This document shows, piece by piece, positions 62,161 to 64,000 of a stretch of DNA of 64,000 nucleotides. The notes below the pieces were generated by a model. That model had not been told where the DNA came from, searched no databases, and saw nothing but the letters and a program-made list of their open reading frames with translations. The DNA is taken from contig NC_082714.1 in assembly GCF_030144855.1 (NCBI RefSeq), positions 93,372,001-93,436,000 on the forward strand, read 5' to 3'. Positions within the stretch are counted from its first letter, which is position 1, and each line of letters begins with the position of its first letter. Origin of the DNA: Hypanus sabinus. Taxonomy: Eukaryota. The position numbers were made by a program, and so were the translations under genes.

Positions 62161-64000
62161 AACGATCAGCAATACCTGATAAAGTAGGCACTGAGTGTGT
62201 ACATGAGTTGTGAGTATGATATACTGACGTCCAAAGCGTTACGACATTTGTGGGTTGCTTCGGAATGTGCTGGTTGTTAACCCAAACATTGTACTTCACT
62301 GTATGTGCCGATATATATGTGACAAATAAGACCAATCACATCCTTGCCTTTGTTATTGGAATGACACGATATATTATGAAAGCGAGTGCAAAGAGTTCAG
62401 TCCCATGCGCACACAATTAAATCCCGAAATAGCGTTCAGTTATAAGAAGCTGTGGTATTGCTCTTGTTATCGCTCTTTATACTCCACACACTCCGGAACT
62501 ATATTCCTTTATGTAACTCAGTACTGATTTGCATGATAAGAATCACGTGACAAGTGGAAGGGGCCGTACCGAATACAACCAGGTTCTTGTTGAGATCCCC
62601 CGGACCATCTTTCGGGGAAGGTTGGCGCAACAACATCATCTGAGTGTGATTTTCGTTGCTGCTTCTCCTGTTTTGTGTTCGCAGTGGAAAATTTGTAAAG
62701 CAGATAAATGCATGGAAGATTGAAAACGCTCCAGATTGACACTTTTCTTGTATCTCCAGTGCTAAATTTATTTTCCGAATCTGTTCTGCTTCTGCAGATT
62801 TATTTCCCATAACAACAAATTCAGCTGCAATACTAATATCTTTTTCTTCGTCTTAAGCCCATCACCTCCGCTGGAGTACAGAACGCCAACAGATCCTTCT
62901 TCTCCCATGGATAGGGTCTTTGGATCTTCTCTGGCATTTCTGTAGCTCTGGAGTTTCGGATTGGGTTTGCTAGACTCATGCCCAACCCTGTTCCTTTTGC
63001 AGGCTTGGGATCACGCATAACGGAGTTACAACGGCAGTATGCAGTCTAAAAATATTGTTACCAAATCGCAAGTAATACTGGGCATAAACGTTTAAAATGC
63101 CAGTGGAAAGGTGATTTTCCCCAAGTAACACCTGTCGTGTGGAAGCGGTAGAAGGCAGCCATACACGGGATGTAATCGGCATACCAGGTTCAATGGCGAA
63201 GATACCCGAGATTTCATTTCCTGTAGCCCTTATTAGCCCTGGGAAGCAAATTCATAGTAAGGAAGAAAATGACATGGCGTACTCGCAATTGACATGTTTG
63301 AAACAGAGTAATAATGGCAGAAGCGCATTGTGGAATCTCAAAAATTCCTTTTACTTCTTCGAGAACGGCCGTGGGATTGATGTCCAGTCTATTTGGAGAC
63401 ATAACGTGAATATTGAATGCAGGTCTTCCACCGTTAAGCGCAACATCAGTCTTACGCCCCGCAAATTTCCTTTCGGAATTCCCATCGGATTGCTAATATC
63501 CTACGAATTACCATTTATCGCTGATGTTTATAAATTCATAACGGTGTTGGGAGGCTAGCCGCAACCTCCGGAATTCACTTGGAAAAGTTATGAGTGTTCC
63601 TCAGTCAATACCGTGCCTACAAGAGAGACTATTCATTCCATAGACCCTGTGATGTAGCAGCAGAAGGAAGACTTTCGACACTCAATGTCTCACAAGCGAA
63701 GAACAGAAGAGGATAAAAACTTCCAGAAGCTACTTTCCTTCAATCACACTCCGCCTGTCCCGTATCGTAACTCGGTTTCACTGATAATCTTACCTTCTTA
63801 TGAAGACACAAGTGATATTGTGACATTTCCCATCCTCGAGACGCGATAAATTGCGTTAAAACGAGATAAAACATACACACGACCCTGCATAAATGAAAGG
63901 AAAACAACCCCGATTGATCGATCGATCAGAGATTCAAAACACTGTAACTGAGTGTCCGACTCCATAGAACATTTTGCATTTCACAACACAGACTTCTGGA

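Noticed and set aside
63185-63884. Minus-strand exon chain as a connecting-peptide/TM gene
   Set aside because: Phases do not join without stops and a TM needs two assumed frameshifts.

Overview
Repeat-rich vertebrate genomic DNA. The Ig light-chain type and the CR1/Rex1/Penelope repeats point to a cartilaginous fish, probably a ray or skate (inference). Main content: (1) an apparently intact six-exon minus-strand gene (14222-18658), assembled by hand from splice signals, encoding a 298-aa non-rearranging antigen-receptor-like protein: leader, V domain with built-in J-like strand, C1 domain, uncharged TM, ITIM tail; (2) the probable 3' end (TM exon plus terminal exon with an ITIM consensus) of a second receptor on the plus strand, tail-to-tail with it (7176-9146); (3) two copies of a ~4.2-kb block, each carrying a pseudogenised type I / NS5 / sigma-cart Ig light-chain cluster with complementary lesions, the second with a germline-joined VJ; (4) a degraded env-bearing class I (epsilon-like) endogenous retrovirus between the clusters, cut by a 257-N assembly gap; (5) many CR1, Rex1/Babar, R4/Dong-like, Penelope, Tc1 and solo-LTR fragments. 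No database searches were run; family assignments rest on motif recognition and repeat boundaries are approximate.
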